A stretch of 64,000 nt of DNA from Thermoplasmatota archaeon (GCA_041601615.1 JBFIHX010000001.1:96001-160000), one strand, 5' to 3'. Positions 1-9,415 are shown, counted from the first letter of the stretch. Numbers and translations: made by a program. The notes: generated by a model from the sequence alone, not told the origin.

Positions 1-443
1 TTGACTTTCAGATTGTTGGCGCGGGCAAGCACTCCGTGTCCGCCTTCGTGGACGACGAGGGTGATGATGAGCGCGATGATGCCGTACCATAGGGGTACGA
101 ACGGATTGACTCCTGGAATGACGAGGATTTCGCTGCCCTTCAGGGGCTCCACGTCGTTGGCAGGGTCAAGCACGACCGCCACAGCAAGCAGAATCAGGGC
201 GGTCATGAGCACCATGCCCACGAGCGTCATGGCGATACCAAAGTCGCCAAAGATGTTCCAGAGCCGTTTGGGTCGGGCAATGACGTCGAGGGTGCCGCGT
301 CCTTTCTGGGTGCGAATCATCAGGATGAAGCCCATGAACAGGGACAGGTTCCATTGCTCCATCTTGCCGCTGCGAAGCAACCAGAAGAGGAGGATGACGT
401 ACGCCCAGACGAGGGCGGCCGTGATGAGCCAGCCGTTGACCAC
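1..443 (-). CDS. Site-2 protease (peptidase M50) membrane metalloprotease, 3' end runs off the window
   Basis: Not in ORF track. Manual translation from GTG at 443: VVNGWLITAALVWAYVILLFWLLRSGKMEQW...VIPGVNPFVPLWYGIIALIITLVVHEGGHGVLARANNLKVK. HExxH motif lies in a TM helix, preceded by the IPGVN motif typical of archaeal M50. Confidence 0.9.
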   Translation of the reverse strand, partial: MVNGWLITAALVWAYVILLFWLLRSGKMEQWNLSLFMGFILMIRTQKGRGTLDVIARPKRLWNIFGDFGIAMTLVGMVLMTALILLAVAVVLDPANDVEPLKGSEILVIPGVNPFVPLWYGIIALIITLVVHEGGHGVLARANNLKV

Positions 444-509
444 GTCGCGGCCACGAGGAATGACGGCGATAAGGGTTGGTGTCGGGGTGCGCAACATCCA
501 AGCCGGGCC

Positions 510-875
510 GTGGGTTCTGGAAGCGTGGACGCAGAGGCCCCCGGCCCGGCCGCAGAAAACTGCATGGTGCTGTTGCAAAGCACCTACGCATCCGAGGCAG
601 ACGCAGAGCTCGCTGCCCGCCGGCTCCTGGACCGCCGGGTCGCCTGTTGCGTCCATCTCTCGCCGGTGCGCAGCCTCTATCGGTGGAAGGGCCAGCTCGA
701 AAACGACCAAGAGTGGCGCTTGGAGGCCCGCACGCCGCGTCGTGACCAAAACCGCTGCTGGGAAGCCCTGCTGGACGGCCACCCCTACGAGACGCCGCTC
801 GTGGAAATCGTGGCCGAGACCCAGGTGCCGGCACGGTATGCGCGGTGGGCGCATCGGTGTACGGAGCCGGAGTGA
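510..875 (+). CDS. cutA: Divalent-cation tolerance protein CutA
   Basis: VACCVHLSPVRSLYRWKGQLENDQEW and HPYETP motifs. Start moved to GTG 510 (GTG 525 is also possible). Confidence 0.85.
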   Translation: MGSGSVDAEAPGPAAENCMVLLQSTYASEADAELAARRLLDRRVACCVHLSPVRSLYRWKGQLENDQEWRLEARTPRRDQNRCWEALLDGHPYETPLVEIVAETQVPARYARWAHRCTEPE

Positions 876-941
876 AGTCGGCGTAGGCTCCGGCGGGCTG
901 CCTCCGGCGAAGGTCTTCAACCCTCGAAGCCTCGCCGGTTC

Positions 942-1190
942 GTGGTGGGCGCGTGGAATTCGATCAGGATCGATCTGGAGCCGCGTGACTTGGAGCGGCT
1001 AGCAGACGGGCTTGCCAGCGAGGGGTTTCCGGTTCGGGTTGAAGGTCATTGCCTGGTATTTTCAGATCCATTGTTGGCGGATGCCGTGCGGGCGTGGTAC
1101 ACCAAACTCACGCTGTACAATCGACTCATCCACCGCGCCGCCCGAATTCGGGGCAAGCCCATCACCATCGCAAGCCCCGGGATGAAGTGA
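942..1190 (+). CDS. Hypothetical protein (possible antitoxin, or N-terminal part of a frameshifted Doc-like gene)
   Basis: 82 aa ORF with TATA-like CTTCAA about 25 bp upstream. Stop overlaps the next GTG (GTGA). Confidence 0.55.
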   Translation: MVGAWNSIRIDLEPRDLERLADGLASEGFPVRVEGHCLVFSDPLLADAVRAWYTKLTLYNRLIHRAARIRGKPITIASPGMK

Positions 1191-1489
1191 ATTTGTATCT
1201 CGCCATCATCGCAGGGTTGCAGCGAGGCGAGCTGCCGGCGATTGTGCACGAGGTCATTTGGCGGCAACCGTTTTTCAATGCAAACCACCGCACAGCGGCG
1301 GCGGCCATCCAAGACGAGCTCGATGTTCGATTGGATGAACAACAAGCACGGCTGTTGACGACCGACGTTATTTTGGAAAGCAAAGCGCTCCTCGACGGAT
1401 CGGATACCTCCCTCTCGAACGAGGAAGCAAAACGGCGCCATTACGGGGCGATGCAGCGCCTTGTGGCTGCGATTCAATCCATCAAGTGA
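1187..1489 (+). CDS. Fic/Doc-like protein with degenerate motif
   Basis: QPFFNANHRTA resembles the Fic/Doc motif HxFx[D/E][G/A]NKRTA, with the catalytic His replaced by Gln. Confidence 0.5.
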   Translation: MNLYLAIIAGLQRGELPAIVHEVIWRQPFFNANHRTAAAAIQDELDVRLDEQQARLLTTDVILESKALLDGSDTSLSNEEAKRRHYGAMQRLVAAIQSIK

Positions 1490-1608
1490 ACGACAGACGA
1501 GACGATGTCGCGCACTTTCTGTTTCCCCTCGGCAGACAACTGGTCGAAGTCCGTCCGAGTCCCCTGGAGCAACTAGCCCACGAGTCCGACTTCAGCGCCA
1601 TCGTATAA
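1486..1608 (+). CDS. Putative 40-aa small protein
   Basis: GTG overlaps the upstream stop (GTGA). Translation VNDRRDDVAHFLFPLGRQLVEVRPSPLEQLAHESDFSAIV. Below the ORF-track cut-off. Confidence 0.3.
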   Translation: MNDRRDDVAHFLFPLGRQLVEVRPSPLEQLAHESDFSAIV

Positions 1609-1727
1609 AAACTCAACGTTCTTCCAAGGGTGGCTCCTTTTGACAGACGATGCCCCCGTCGCGGCATCCTCGCCAGACCGTTCGTTCGGTCGCCCGGCAA
1701 GCGCTTGCAGTTCCAATCGGGGCTGAG

Positions 1728-2417
1728 CTAGGCAGGAACCCAATGCTCCACTCGCGTGGCGCCCCGTTCGGCAGCGTCGCCGAGGATGCGGGCGGCCCAG
1801 GCGAGTTTCCGACGCTTGATGACCGGATCAGTGTGGTGGCTGTAGCGGCCGGCCTCTGCTTCGAGGTCGAAGGCGACAAGCCGGACCCGTCGCACGTCCA
1901 TGGCTTCGCATAGCAACACTGCTCGATCGCCATCGGTGAATCCCCCGTGGTTGCGCACATGGTCTGCGGGAGGGGCGGCCTGGCAACTTGGCGCGACTAC
2001 GGGCCAGTCGGAGGCCATGGGCAGTCTGTCTTGGTTGTGGCCGTGGGCGTGGACGACCATGCTGGCGCCTTGGTGTGCCGCCCAATGGAGGCCTTCGGGG
2101 TCTCCGTCGAGGTCCGTGGTGACGACGCGGGGCGTGATGCCAATTTCACGCAGGCGGCTCGTGGCACCGTCGGCGGCGAGCACAATGCCCGAGGGCAGGT
2201 CCGAGGCTTGGAGCGTGTCGAGGCTGGGGCCGCAGCCGACGACCACGGCATCTGGACGGTGTTTGAGGTCCGTGCCGATGTGGCGCCAGGCGGCCCGCGC
2301 GTGTGCTGCGGGGATGAGATTGGCGAGCGCTACTGCTGCGGCTTCGTCCAGGCCTTCATCCCATTGAAAATCAGATAGAATCGCCCGGTACGTGGGGCTC
2401 CAGTCTTCCCAGTGCAA
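1728..2417 (-). CDS. mptE: 6-hydroxymethyl-7,8-dihydropterin pyrophosphokinase MptE (DUF115)
   Basis: Motifs W..Y..IL.DF, VVGCGPSL, AADGA, VTTDLDG, VHAHGHN, GGFTDGDRA and KRRKLAWA. Confidence 0.85.
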   Translation of the reverse strand: MHWEDWSPTYRAILSDFQWDEGLDEAAAVALANLIPAAHARAAWRHIGTDLKHRPDAVVVGCGPSLDTLQASDLPSGIVLAADGATSRLREIGITPRVVTTDLDGDPEGLHWAAHQGASMVVHAHGHNQDRLPMASDWPVVAPSCQAAPPADHVRNHGGFTDGDRAVLLCEAMDVRRVRLVAFDLEAEAGRYSHHTDPVIKRRKLAWAARILGDAAERGATRVEHWVPA

Positions 2418-2418
2418 G

Positions 2419-3525
2419 TCAGTGCTCCATGGGCGGGTTGCCGCCGTCTACGAAGAAGCTGCGAACGTATCGGCTGAGCAAGACGCCGGCGGCGGCGACA
2501 CTGAGGCCGGCGGCAAGCTGCATGACGAGTTCGAAGGTAATGACGTGGTCAAGGGGCGCTTCTTGCAGCACTGCGAGGGTCACGTTGAGCACCACGTTGC
2601 CGATGAAGCCGACGGCGATGAGCGTGAAGGCCGTGGTCCAGTGACGCAGCCCTACTTGTCCCTCGCGCACCCATTCGTCCACGAGCATTCCAGCAGCGCG
2701 CACCAAGAGGGCGGCCACGAAGTAGAACAGGAACGATTGTAGGAACACGAGGGTGCGGTAGAAGGCGCCCTCGTCGGGCCCGGGTAGCTTGGAGTAGGAT
2801 TGCACGGCGCCGATTGCGAGGAGCCCTATGGTGATGATGTTGGCAAACAACTGCATTTTGCCCGATCGCATGCCTTCGCCAAGGTCGCGGAAGAACCGCT
2901 CCATGCGGTCTTCCCAGTGCATGGCGTGGACAATCATCCAGAGGCCCATGACGGCAAGGGTGACGCCCCAAGCGTATTGGGCGATGTTGAATAGAAATGC
3001 GCCGCCCCAGATGAGCGTGACAAGGCCAATGGGCAGGACATAGCGCCTTGCCAATTTTTTGTCCTCGATGATGCGCGTGAGTGTGTAGTAGAAGCCTTCG
3101 AGGCGAGGGGCTTGGCGCACGATGGTGCGGTGGACGTGCGCAACACGGACGCGGCTCGTCAGAATCGGGAGAATCTGTTCGTCTTCTGCCCCGTCGCTTA
3201 CGAGCACCACTTCGTCGGCGCGGCTTAGTTCAAGCACTTCGTCCAGTTCGCGTGCGAGTTTGCGGTCGCCACGGATGCCCATGGCGCGGTGTCCGGTGAT
3301 GGCGGCCACTTCTACTTGGTTGCCCTTTTGGATCGCGCTGGGAAGCTCCTTGTCGTACAGGTGGATGGCCGCAAACAAGCTGTTGGTGTCCGAGTCTTCG
3401 GGGTCAGCAATGCCAAGCTTGGTCGCTGCCTCAATGAGCCGGCGGCGGCCCACGATGGGGGTGTCGACTTGCGCCTTATGGCCCACGTCGTCATCCCGGT
3501 CCACAGACAAGATGAGCGTCTTCAT
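2419..3525 (-). CDS. DUF373 family archaeal membrane protein
   Basis: LILSVDRDDDVG, DPEDSDTN, VSDGAEDE and VRQ motifs, followed by multiple TM helices. Confidence 0.9.
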   Translation of the reverse strand: MKTLILSVDRDDDVGHKAQVDTPIVGRRRLIEAATKLGIADPEDSDTNSLFAAIHLYDKELPSAIQKGNQVEVAAITGHRAMGIRGDRKLARELDEVLELSRADEVVLVSDGAEDEQILPILTSRVRVAHVHRTIVRQAPRLEGFYYTLTRIIEDKKLARRYVLPIGLVTLIWGGAFLFNIAQYAWGVTLAVMGLWMIVHAMHWEDRMERFFRDLGEGMRSGKMQLFANIITIGLLAIGAVQSYSKLPGPDEGAFYRTLVFLQSFLFYFVAALLVRAAGMLVDEWVREGQVGLRHWTTAFTLIAVGFIGNVVLNVTLAVLQEAPLDHVITFELVMQLAAGLSVAAAGVLLSRYVRSFFVDGGNPPMEH

Positions 3526-3631
3526 CCCAGCACAATCCAGAGGGCGACCTCACGGTATTTGGGCCTGTCGGCGTGAGGATCGATGTTTGACGAATCAACC
3601 ACCCGCGAGGGGTCGGCGCGATAGGCCGGTG

Positions 3632-4450
3632 TCATGGCTTGAACGCTCGACCCATCACGAAATTGATCAACCCATCTGGCAATACCCGCTTCAGAACATT
3701 CCCCGCCTTGGCATCCAGGGGCGCCAGGTAGTGGAATCGAGGCCGCCGACTCAGACAGGCGTGGTTGATGCGCTTGGCGATGACGCGTGGATGTGCGCGT
3801 CCTTTGCCTCCGACGAGTTTGTCGAATCGTCGGTACAGGTTTGCGTAGGGCCCCTCTGAGCCTCCGAGCCCGGCGACTTCTTGTTCCTGTTCGGCACGGG
3901 CTCCAAAGCTCGTGCGGATGCTGCCGGGTTCGATGAGGGAGACGTGGATGCCGAAAGGGCGCAGTTCGGCCGCCATGGCCTGCGAGAGGCCTCGGAGGGC
4001 GAATTTGGTCGCCGAGTAGGCGCCGATCATGGGAAATCCGATGTGGCCGGCAATGCTGCTGACGTTGACGATGCGGCCGTGGCCTTGGTTGCGCATGTGG
4101 GGCAGGACTTCTTGGGTGAGGCGGTGGGCGCCGAGGAGGTTGACGTCGAGCATCGCTTGGAACGCGGCGAGCGAGGTTTGTTCGACGGGCATGAAAGCGC
4201 CAAAACCGGCGTTGTTGACTATGGCGTCGATGCGTCCGAAGTGTTCGAGGGTGTGGGCTACGGCGGCTTGGATGCTGGCTTCGTCGGTGACGTCGAGTGG
4301 ATAGACGCTGACGTTTTTGGAAGCCAGGTCTTGGATGGTGTCCACGTTGCGGGCGGTAGCTACGACGGTGGCGCGACGGGCAAGGTGCAGTACGGCTTCG
4401 CGGCCAATGCCGCTGCTGGTTCCGGTAACGAGGACGACGGGACGACTCAC
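3632..4450 (-). CDS. Short-chain dehydrogenase/reductase (SDR)
   Basis: TGTSSGIG, NNAG and YSATK motifs. Start at GTG 4450 overlaps the upstream stop. Confidence 0.92.
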   Translation of the reverse strand: MSRPVVLVTGTSSGIGREAVLHLARRATVVATARNVDTIQDLASKNVSVYPLDVTDEASIQAAVAHTLEHFGRIDAIVNNAGFGAFMPVEQTSLAAFQAMLDVNLLGAHRLTQEVLPHMRNQGHGRIVNVSSIAGHIGFPMIGAYSATKFALRGLSQAMAAELRPFGIHVSLIEPGSIRTSFGARAEQEQEVAGLGGSEGPYANLYRRFDKLVGGKGRAHPRVIAKRINHACLSRRPRFHYLAPLDAKAGNVLKRVLPDGLINFVMGRAFKP

Positions 4451-4890
4451 GGATTGTAGCGAGTCTCGTCTTCCACTTCGTCCTTCTGTTTGGCGGCCAG
4501 GCGTGCCGCCTTGCGTCCTTCCCGTTGCAGGCGCGCCTCCGTTCGCCGCGCATTGCGTGCTGCTTGTTTCTGCTCCCGCGTCTGCGACACGGTCTCCGGG
4601 TCTGCGTCCGGCGTCGGCTCGCTCCACGCGGCTGGCGATTCTGCGAATTTCCCGATACGTATGGCGTCCACGATGGCCCATCCGAGGCCGGCGGCGCCGG
4701 GAATCAAGAGCGGATAGGAACCAAAGACGATGAGGGCGGTTTGGGCAATGCCGCGGCCAAGCAAACCGCTGTGGGGGTTGCGGATGCCTGCGATGATGGC
4801 GCCGACGCCGGGGAGCGGGAACACTTGTAGGGTCACGACGGCGGGCTTGAGGCGCGGGCCTAGAAGCCAGGGCCGCATGGGCTTACGCAT
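4447..4890 (-). CDS. SPEC3/Stum-like small membrane protein with charged C-terminal tail (paralog 4)
   Basis: LQVFPLPGVGAIIAG...GIAQ...GLGWAI pattern shared with the neighbouring paralogs. Confidence 0.6.
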   Translation of the reverse strand: MRKPMRPWLLGPRLKPAVVTLQVFPLPGVGAIIAGIRNPHSGLLGRGIAQTALIVFGSYPLLIPGAAGLGWAIVDAIRIGKFAESPAAWSEPTPDADPETVSQTREQKQAARNARRTEARLQREGRKAARLAAKQKDEVEDETRYNP

Positions 4891-5206
4891 GGGCCTCGCC
4901 GTGCGACCGCAGGAAAATTAGAACGCCCCAGGCCCAGGCCCATAGGATGGATGCCAAAAACAAGCCAATGCCGAGGCCGCGCACGGGGCCGACGAGGAAG
5001 ATGCCGGCAACGAAGAGGGCAAATTGCAGAAGGCCAATGATCCAGGTCTGCGTGTCGCGGCTGGCGCCAGCAGCGGTCATGGTGGCCATGCCGGGGAAGG
5101 TCAGGAAGCTCGCTACGAGCACCAGGAGGCCCCAGGGCTGGCGTGGAATGCTTGGAATCAAAGGTGGCGCGGGGGACGATTCGGGTTCCTGGGCTTCGGC
5201 GGGCAT
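4883..5206 (-). CDS. SPEC3/Stum-like small membrane protein (paralog 3)
   Basis: PSIPRQPWGLLVLVASFLTFPGMATMTAAG...GLLQ...ILWAWAWGVLIFLRS. ATG at 5206. Confidence 0.65.
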   Translation of the reverse strand: MPAEAQEPESSPAPPLIPSIPRQPWGLLVLVASFLTFPGMATMTAAGASRDTQTWIIGLLQFALFVAGIFLVGPVRGLGIGLFLASILWAWAWGVLIFLRSHGEAHA

Positions 5207-5211
5207 GGGTA

Positions 5212-5430
5212 TCACCGGCTCTTCATGAACAAGAGAATGCCCCAGATCCAGGACCAGAGGATGCCGACAAGGAACACAGACAGGAGTGCTTGGAGCAGGC
5301 CGTGGACGAAGAGGCGCGTCTCTTCCATGTTGCCGGCGGCAATCATCGTGCCGCTGCCGGGCAGGAAGATGTTCATCACTAGGACAATGATGCCCCACGG
5401 CTTGCGCTTGATGCTGGGGAGGTTTACCAT
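5212..5430 (-). CDS. SPEC3/Stum-like small membrane protein (paralog 2)
   Basis: MVNLPSIKRKPWGIIVLVMNIFLPGSGTMIAAG...GLLQALLSVFLVGILWSWIWGILLFMKSR. TATA-like element about 27 bp upstream. Confidence 0.7.
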   Translation of the reverse strand: MVNLPSIKRKPWGIIVLVMNIFLPGSGTMIAAGNMEETRLFVHGLLQALLSVFLVGILWSWIWGILLFMKSR

Positions 5431-5672
5431 CTTGCATCGAGTCGATGCTGCAGACAAAAGGGTTGGCTTCTCTGGCGCCGCTTCCGCGTGTGAGTGGCTA
5501 ACGCCTGCTCCATCTGGGTAAATTAGACGGTTCGAGATTCCTAGCTGCTCGACATCGTGGGCGTGCGGGCCCCGGCGAGGGCGTATGTTCGCGGTGCAAT
5601 CCCACAACAACGCGGCCCAAGAAGGGCTCAAAGTGAAGTAGAGAAGGAGGAGAAGGAGACCGAATCGTCGGT

Positions 5673-5900
5673 TTAGTCGCTCTTGGCGAAGATCAGGACG
5701 CCCCAGACGACGGCCCAGATCCATCCGAGACCAAGTAGGAGTGTTGCCACAATTTGTAGAACACCGATGATGATGGTGTCCTTGTGCTTCTCCACGATAC
5801 CGGTGATTAGGATGCCGAACCCACCGAGGATGATGCCGAGAACCAGGGCGAGGATGCCGCCCGGGCTGCGCTTGAAGTGGGGAATCTCGAAGAGGCCCAT
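5673..5900 (-). CDS. SPEC3/Stum-like small membrane protein (paralog 1)
   Basis: MGLFEIPHFKRSPGGILALVLGIILGGFGILITG...GVLQ...GWIWAVVWGVLIFAKSD. Followed by a pyrimidine-rich tract. Confidence 0.65.
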   Translation of the reverse strand: MGLFEIPHFKRSPGGILALVLGIILGGFGILITGIVEKHKDTIIIGVLQIVATLLLGLGWIWAVVWGVLIFAKSD

Positions 5901-5978
5901 ATGTCTTGGATTCTCATCAGGGAAAAAAGCCCGCCGTATTGCATCCATGGGCGCCGAGGAGGCTGGCGCATCGTCCCG

Positions 5979-5990
5979 AACCCTCAAAAC
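5979..5990 (+). promoter_or_regulatory. Degenerate archaeal BRE/TATA element of sucCD (leaderless)
   Basis: AACCCTCAAAAC lies 24-34 bp before ATG 6013. Similar elements precede many genes in the window at the same spacing. Confidence 0.45.
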
Positions 5991-6012
5991 GGGGTCCCGT
6001 GTCGCCGCCCCC

Positions 6013-7167
6013 ATGGACCTGTATGAATACCAGGGTCGCGACCTCTACGAACGCTTCGGCGTGCCCTGCGCCCGTGGCTTTGTTGTGGAGTCGATGGCCG
6101 ACCTCGCATCCCACCTTCCCACCGTCGGATACCCCGTCGTGGTCAAGGCACAGGTCCTCGTGGGCGGCCGTGGAAAAGCGGGCGGCGTCAAGTTTGCCCA
6201 CAATGAGTCGGAACTCCTGGAGCACACGGAAGCGATTCTGGGCATGGACATCAAGGGACACATCGCTCACAAGGTGATGGTTGCGCAGATGCTCGACTTC
6301 ACGGCCGAGTACTACTGTTCCTTCCTCATCGACCGCAACGCCCGCAACTACCTGATGATCTTCAGCCAAGACGGCGGCATGGACATTGAGAGTGTCCCCG
6401 AGGCGCGCCTTGCCAAGATCAACATCAACCCGCTCGAAGGATTCACCGACGCCCACGCCGAGGCTGCCTTCGAGAAAACCACCTTCGATGCCGAAACCAA
6501 GGCCGGTGTCAAGGCGCTCATGCACAGTCTCTACCGCATGTTTACTGAGATGGATTGCGAACTCGTGGAGGTCAACCCGATGGCCAAGACCACCGACGGC
6601 ACCATCGTCGCCGCCGACAGCAAGGTTACCATCAACGACAGCGCCTTGTTCCGCCACCCGGAATTCAAGCAACGCGACCAGAGCCTCACGGAGCTCGAAC
6701 AAGAGGCCCGCGACCAAGGCGTTGCCCTCATTGAACTCGACGGCAACATTGGCGTCATCGCCAACGGCGCCGGCCTCACCATGGCCACCCTCGATGCTCT
6801 GAGCGTCTACGGTGGAAAACCCCGCACCTTCCTAGACTTGAGCGGCGCTACGGACCCCGAAAAGGTCGCCCAGGCTGTCCGCTTGATGAAGAAGTCCAAC
6901 CCCGGCGTCATGCTCCTGAACTTGTTTGGTGGCATCACGCGCTGCGACATCGTCGCCGAGGGCCTCGTCAGTGTCATTGACAACGAAGGCGTCGATTTCC
7001 CTATCATCACCCGCATCAAGGGCACCAAGGAAGCCGAAGCCAAGGAAATCCTGGCTCGCTACGGCTTCAAGGTCGCCGACACGCTGCAAGAGGCGGCGCA
7101 AATCGCCACCGAAATGGCCAAGGACATGCCCATGGCCGGCACCCCCCTCGCACAGGAGGCAACCTAA
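6013..7167 (+). CDS. sucC: Succinyl-CoA synthetase beta subunit
   Basis: MDLYEYQG, VVVKAQVLVGGRGKAGGV, EVNP and NGAGLTMATLD motifs. Confidence 0.96.
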   Translation: MDLYEYQGRDLYERFGVPCARGFVVESMADLASHLPTVGYPVVVKAQVLVGGRGKAGGVKFAHNESELLEHTEAILGMDIKGHIAHKVMVAQMLDFTAEYYCSFLIDRNARNYLMIFSQDGGMDIESVPEARLAKININPLEGFTDAHAEAAFEKTTFDAETKAGVKALMHSLYRMFTEMDCELVEVNPMAKTTDGTIVAADSKVTINDSALFRHPEFKQRDQSLTELEQEARDQGVALIELDGNIGVIANGAGLTMATLDALSVYGGKPRTFLDLSGATDPEKVAQAVRLMKKSNPGVMLLNLFGGITRCDIVAEGLVSVIDNEGVDFPIITRIKGTKEAEAKEILARYGFKVADTLQEAAQIATEMAKDMPMAGTPLAQEAT

Positions 7168-8051
7168 TGTCCGTCGTTCTCAACGAGCAATCCAAGATCG
7201 TCGTCCAGGGCGCCACGGGCTCCGTGGGCAAGTTCCACATCAGCCAGATGCAAGAATACGGTGACTACGTCGTCGCCGGTTGCACCCCAGGCAAGGGCGG
7301 CGAAGAAGTGCACGGTGTTCCTGTCTTCAACAGTGTTGCCGAGGCCAAAGACGCCACCGGCTGCAACACCAGCCTCGTCTTCGTGCCCGCCCGGTTCGCG
7401 AAGGCTGCCGTCATCGAAGCCGTTGATGCAGGCATGGAAACCGTCATCGTCATCACGGAGCACATCCCGGTGCACGACGCGGCGCACTTTGTCAACTACG
7501 CCAAGAGCAAGGGCGTTACCCTGATTGGCCCCAACTGCCCCGGCGCCTGCACCGCGGGTGTTGCCAAGGTCGGCATTCTGCCGGGTCAAATCTTCACGCC
7601 CGGCGGCCCCGTGGCTGTCGCCAGCAAGTCCGGCACCCTCACCTACGAAATCGTCGGCGCGCTCTCTGCTGAAGGCATTGGCCAGACCACGGTTCTCGGC
7701 CTCGGCGGCGACCCGATTCCCGGCACCAACCTCTTGGAAGCCGTGAAGTTGTTCGAAAAGGACGACGCTTCCAAGGCCATCGTTCTCGTTGGCGAAATCG
7801 GCGGCGGCGCCGAAGAGGAAGCAGCCGCATACATCGAGTCCGTCAACCTCACCGCTCGCAAACCCATCTACGCCTTCGTAGCCGGCCGCTCGGCCCCCGA
7901 AGGCAAGCAAATGGGCCACGCAGGTGCGCTCGTGGAGAAGGGTGTTGGCACCGCCGAATCCAAGATGAACGCCTTCAAGAAGGCCGGCGTGAAGGTCGTG
8001 GATTTCCCCACGGACATCATCCCGCTCGTCAAGGCCGACCTCGGACTCTAG
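7167..8051 (+). CDS. sucD: Succinyl-CoA synthetase alpha subunit
   Basis: VQGATG, IGPNCPG, SKSGTLTYE, GLGGD and the MGHAGA phosphohistidine motif. Coupled to sucC. Confidence 0.96.
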   Translation: MSVVLNEQSKIVVQGATGSVGKFHISQMQEYGDYVVAGCTPGKGGEEVHGVPVFNSVAEAKDATGCNTSLVFVPARFAKAAVIEAVDAGMETVIVITEHIPVHDAAHFVNYAKSKGVTLIGPNCPGACTAGVAKVGILPGQIFTPGGPVAVASKSGTLTYEIVGALSAEGIGQTTVLGLGGDPIPGTNLLEAVKLFEKDDASKAIVLVGEIGGGAEEEAAAYIESVNLTARKPIYAFVAGRSAPEGKQMGHAGALVEKGVGTAESKMNAFKKAGVKVVDFPTDIIPLVKADLGL

Positions 8052-8065
8052 TCGAGGCCGAAAAC

Positions 8066-9415
8066 ATGCGTGCTCCGGTGCAAAACTCCCTCCTGGCGTT
8101 CGGGCTCTTGATGGCCTTGCTCTTTGCAGGCTGCCTTCAGGACCCAGGCACCGGAGACACGCAAGAAACTGCCCCGCAGCCGGGCCCCATGGCCCATGGC
8201 TTGCAGGCGGCGGGGTACGAAGTCGTGGTTCATGCCCCGGGTTTTCTCGGATATGAGCCGACGATTGGCGTAGGTCCGACGGGAAGTATTTTCGTTGCCG
8301 GTGCAGGCCAAGCATTGGACCTTTCCGGGTACGAGGCGGTGCGCGCATCCTCCGTGCTGCGCAGCGTGAACGGCGTGGATTGGACAGTGGTCAACGATTT
8401 TCCGGCCACCTTTGACCCCGTGCTGCATGTGGATCTACGATCGGGCTATGTGTACCGCGCCCACCAATTGTCAAGTTCCTGTGCCACCCTGGCCTTCAGC
8501 GACGATGATGGCTCGACATGGCAGGAGCACCCTGGTGCTTGCGGCGATGTGGGCGTGGATTTTCTGAAACTTGCCAGTGGAATTCCCGGTCCCGACGCCA
8601 ATGCGCTTGCCACGGGCGTGGAACAAGTGGTGTACTTGTGCCACAACCGCAATTCGGACTCCGCTCGTTCCGTGTGCGCGGCGAGCTTTGACCATGGGCG
8701 CACTTGGCCCCAGGATCGAGTCATTGCCTTGCGCGACCGCGACGGTTGTGGTGGCGTTACGAGTTTTCCCGTCGTGGGCCCCGACGGCACCATCGTTGTG
8801 CCGCTCGGCGCTGGCTGCGATGCCGTTCATTTGGCCACGAGCAATGATTCGGGCGATACGTGGAGTGTTACGAAGCTTGGATACAAGGGCGCCGGCAGCG
8901 TCACGCCCAGGGCTGCGTTCGACGCGGACGGCCGCCTCTATGTGCTCTCTCGGGACTGGAGCCAACGCCTTCAACTCAGCATCCAAGACGCCCCCGACGG
9001 CCCCTGGGTGGATCATGATGTGACACCGGATGGGGTCCGGAGCCTCGGGTTTGTGGCCATGGACGTGGCTCCAGATGGGCGTGTATTCTACGCATTCATG
9101 GGCGCCGAAACCACCAATGTCTCAGCGTCCCAAGCGGAGCCAGGAACTGAATGGATGCTGTATGCAGGTGTGTGGAGCCCGGGTGGGTTTGCAGCCGAGG
9201 CCGTGGAGCTGATGCACGTTGGTCGCGTCTGTTTTGGAGGAGATGGGAATTGCCCCCGCAATTTGGGAGATTTCATGGACGGCGCCATGGGCCCAGATGG
9301 TCGGTTCTGGGTCTCCTTCGTGGACGGCTGCGACGACTGCGGCCAATCCCAGAGCACCGGCACCGCACTCAAGATCCTCGAAGTCCGCCCCATAAGGGCC
9401 CCAGCAACGGCTTGA
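8066..9415 (+). CDS. Lipoprotein with BNR/Asp-box repeats (sialidase-like beta-propeller)
   Basis: Lipobox FAGC. Asp-boxes SDDDGSTW, SFDHGRTW and SNDSGDTW. Confidence 0.8.
   Translation: MRAPVQNSLLAFGLLMALLFAGCLQDPGTGDTQETAPQPGPMAHGLQAAGYEVVVHAPGFLGYEPTIGVGPTGSIFVAGAGQALDLSGYEAVRASSVLRSVNGVDWTVVNDFPATFDPVLHVDLRSGYVYRAHQLSSSCATLAFSDDDGSTWQEHPGACGDVGVDFLKLASGIPGPDANALATGVEQVVYLCHNRNSDSARSVCAASFDHGRTWPQDRVIALRDRDGCGGVTSFPVVGPDGTIVVPLGAGCDAVHLATSNDSGDTWSVTKLGYKGAGSVTPRAAFDADGRLYVLSRDWSQRLQLSIQDAPDGPWVDHDVTPDGVRSLGFVAMDVAPDGRVFYAFMGAETTNVSASQAEPGTEWMLYAGVWSPGGFAAEAVELMHVGRVCFGGDGNCPRNLGDFMDGAMGPDGRFWVSFVDGCDDCGQSQSTGTALKILEVRPIRAPATA

Noticed and set aside
1-1002. 333-aa + strand ORF
   Set aside because: Antisense shadow of the M50 protease and out of frame with cutA. 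No protein-like motifs.
5683-6012. N-terminal extension of SucC in the ORF track
   Set aside because: Overlaps an opposite-strand gene. SucC homology begins at MDLYEYQG (6013). The same applies to the extensions at 40541-41182 (rfbB), 45968-46531 (sulfotransferase) and 56392-56571 (sat).
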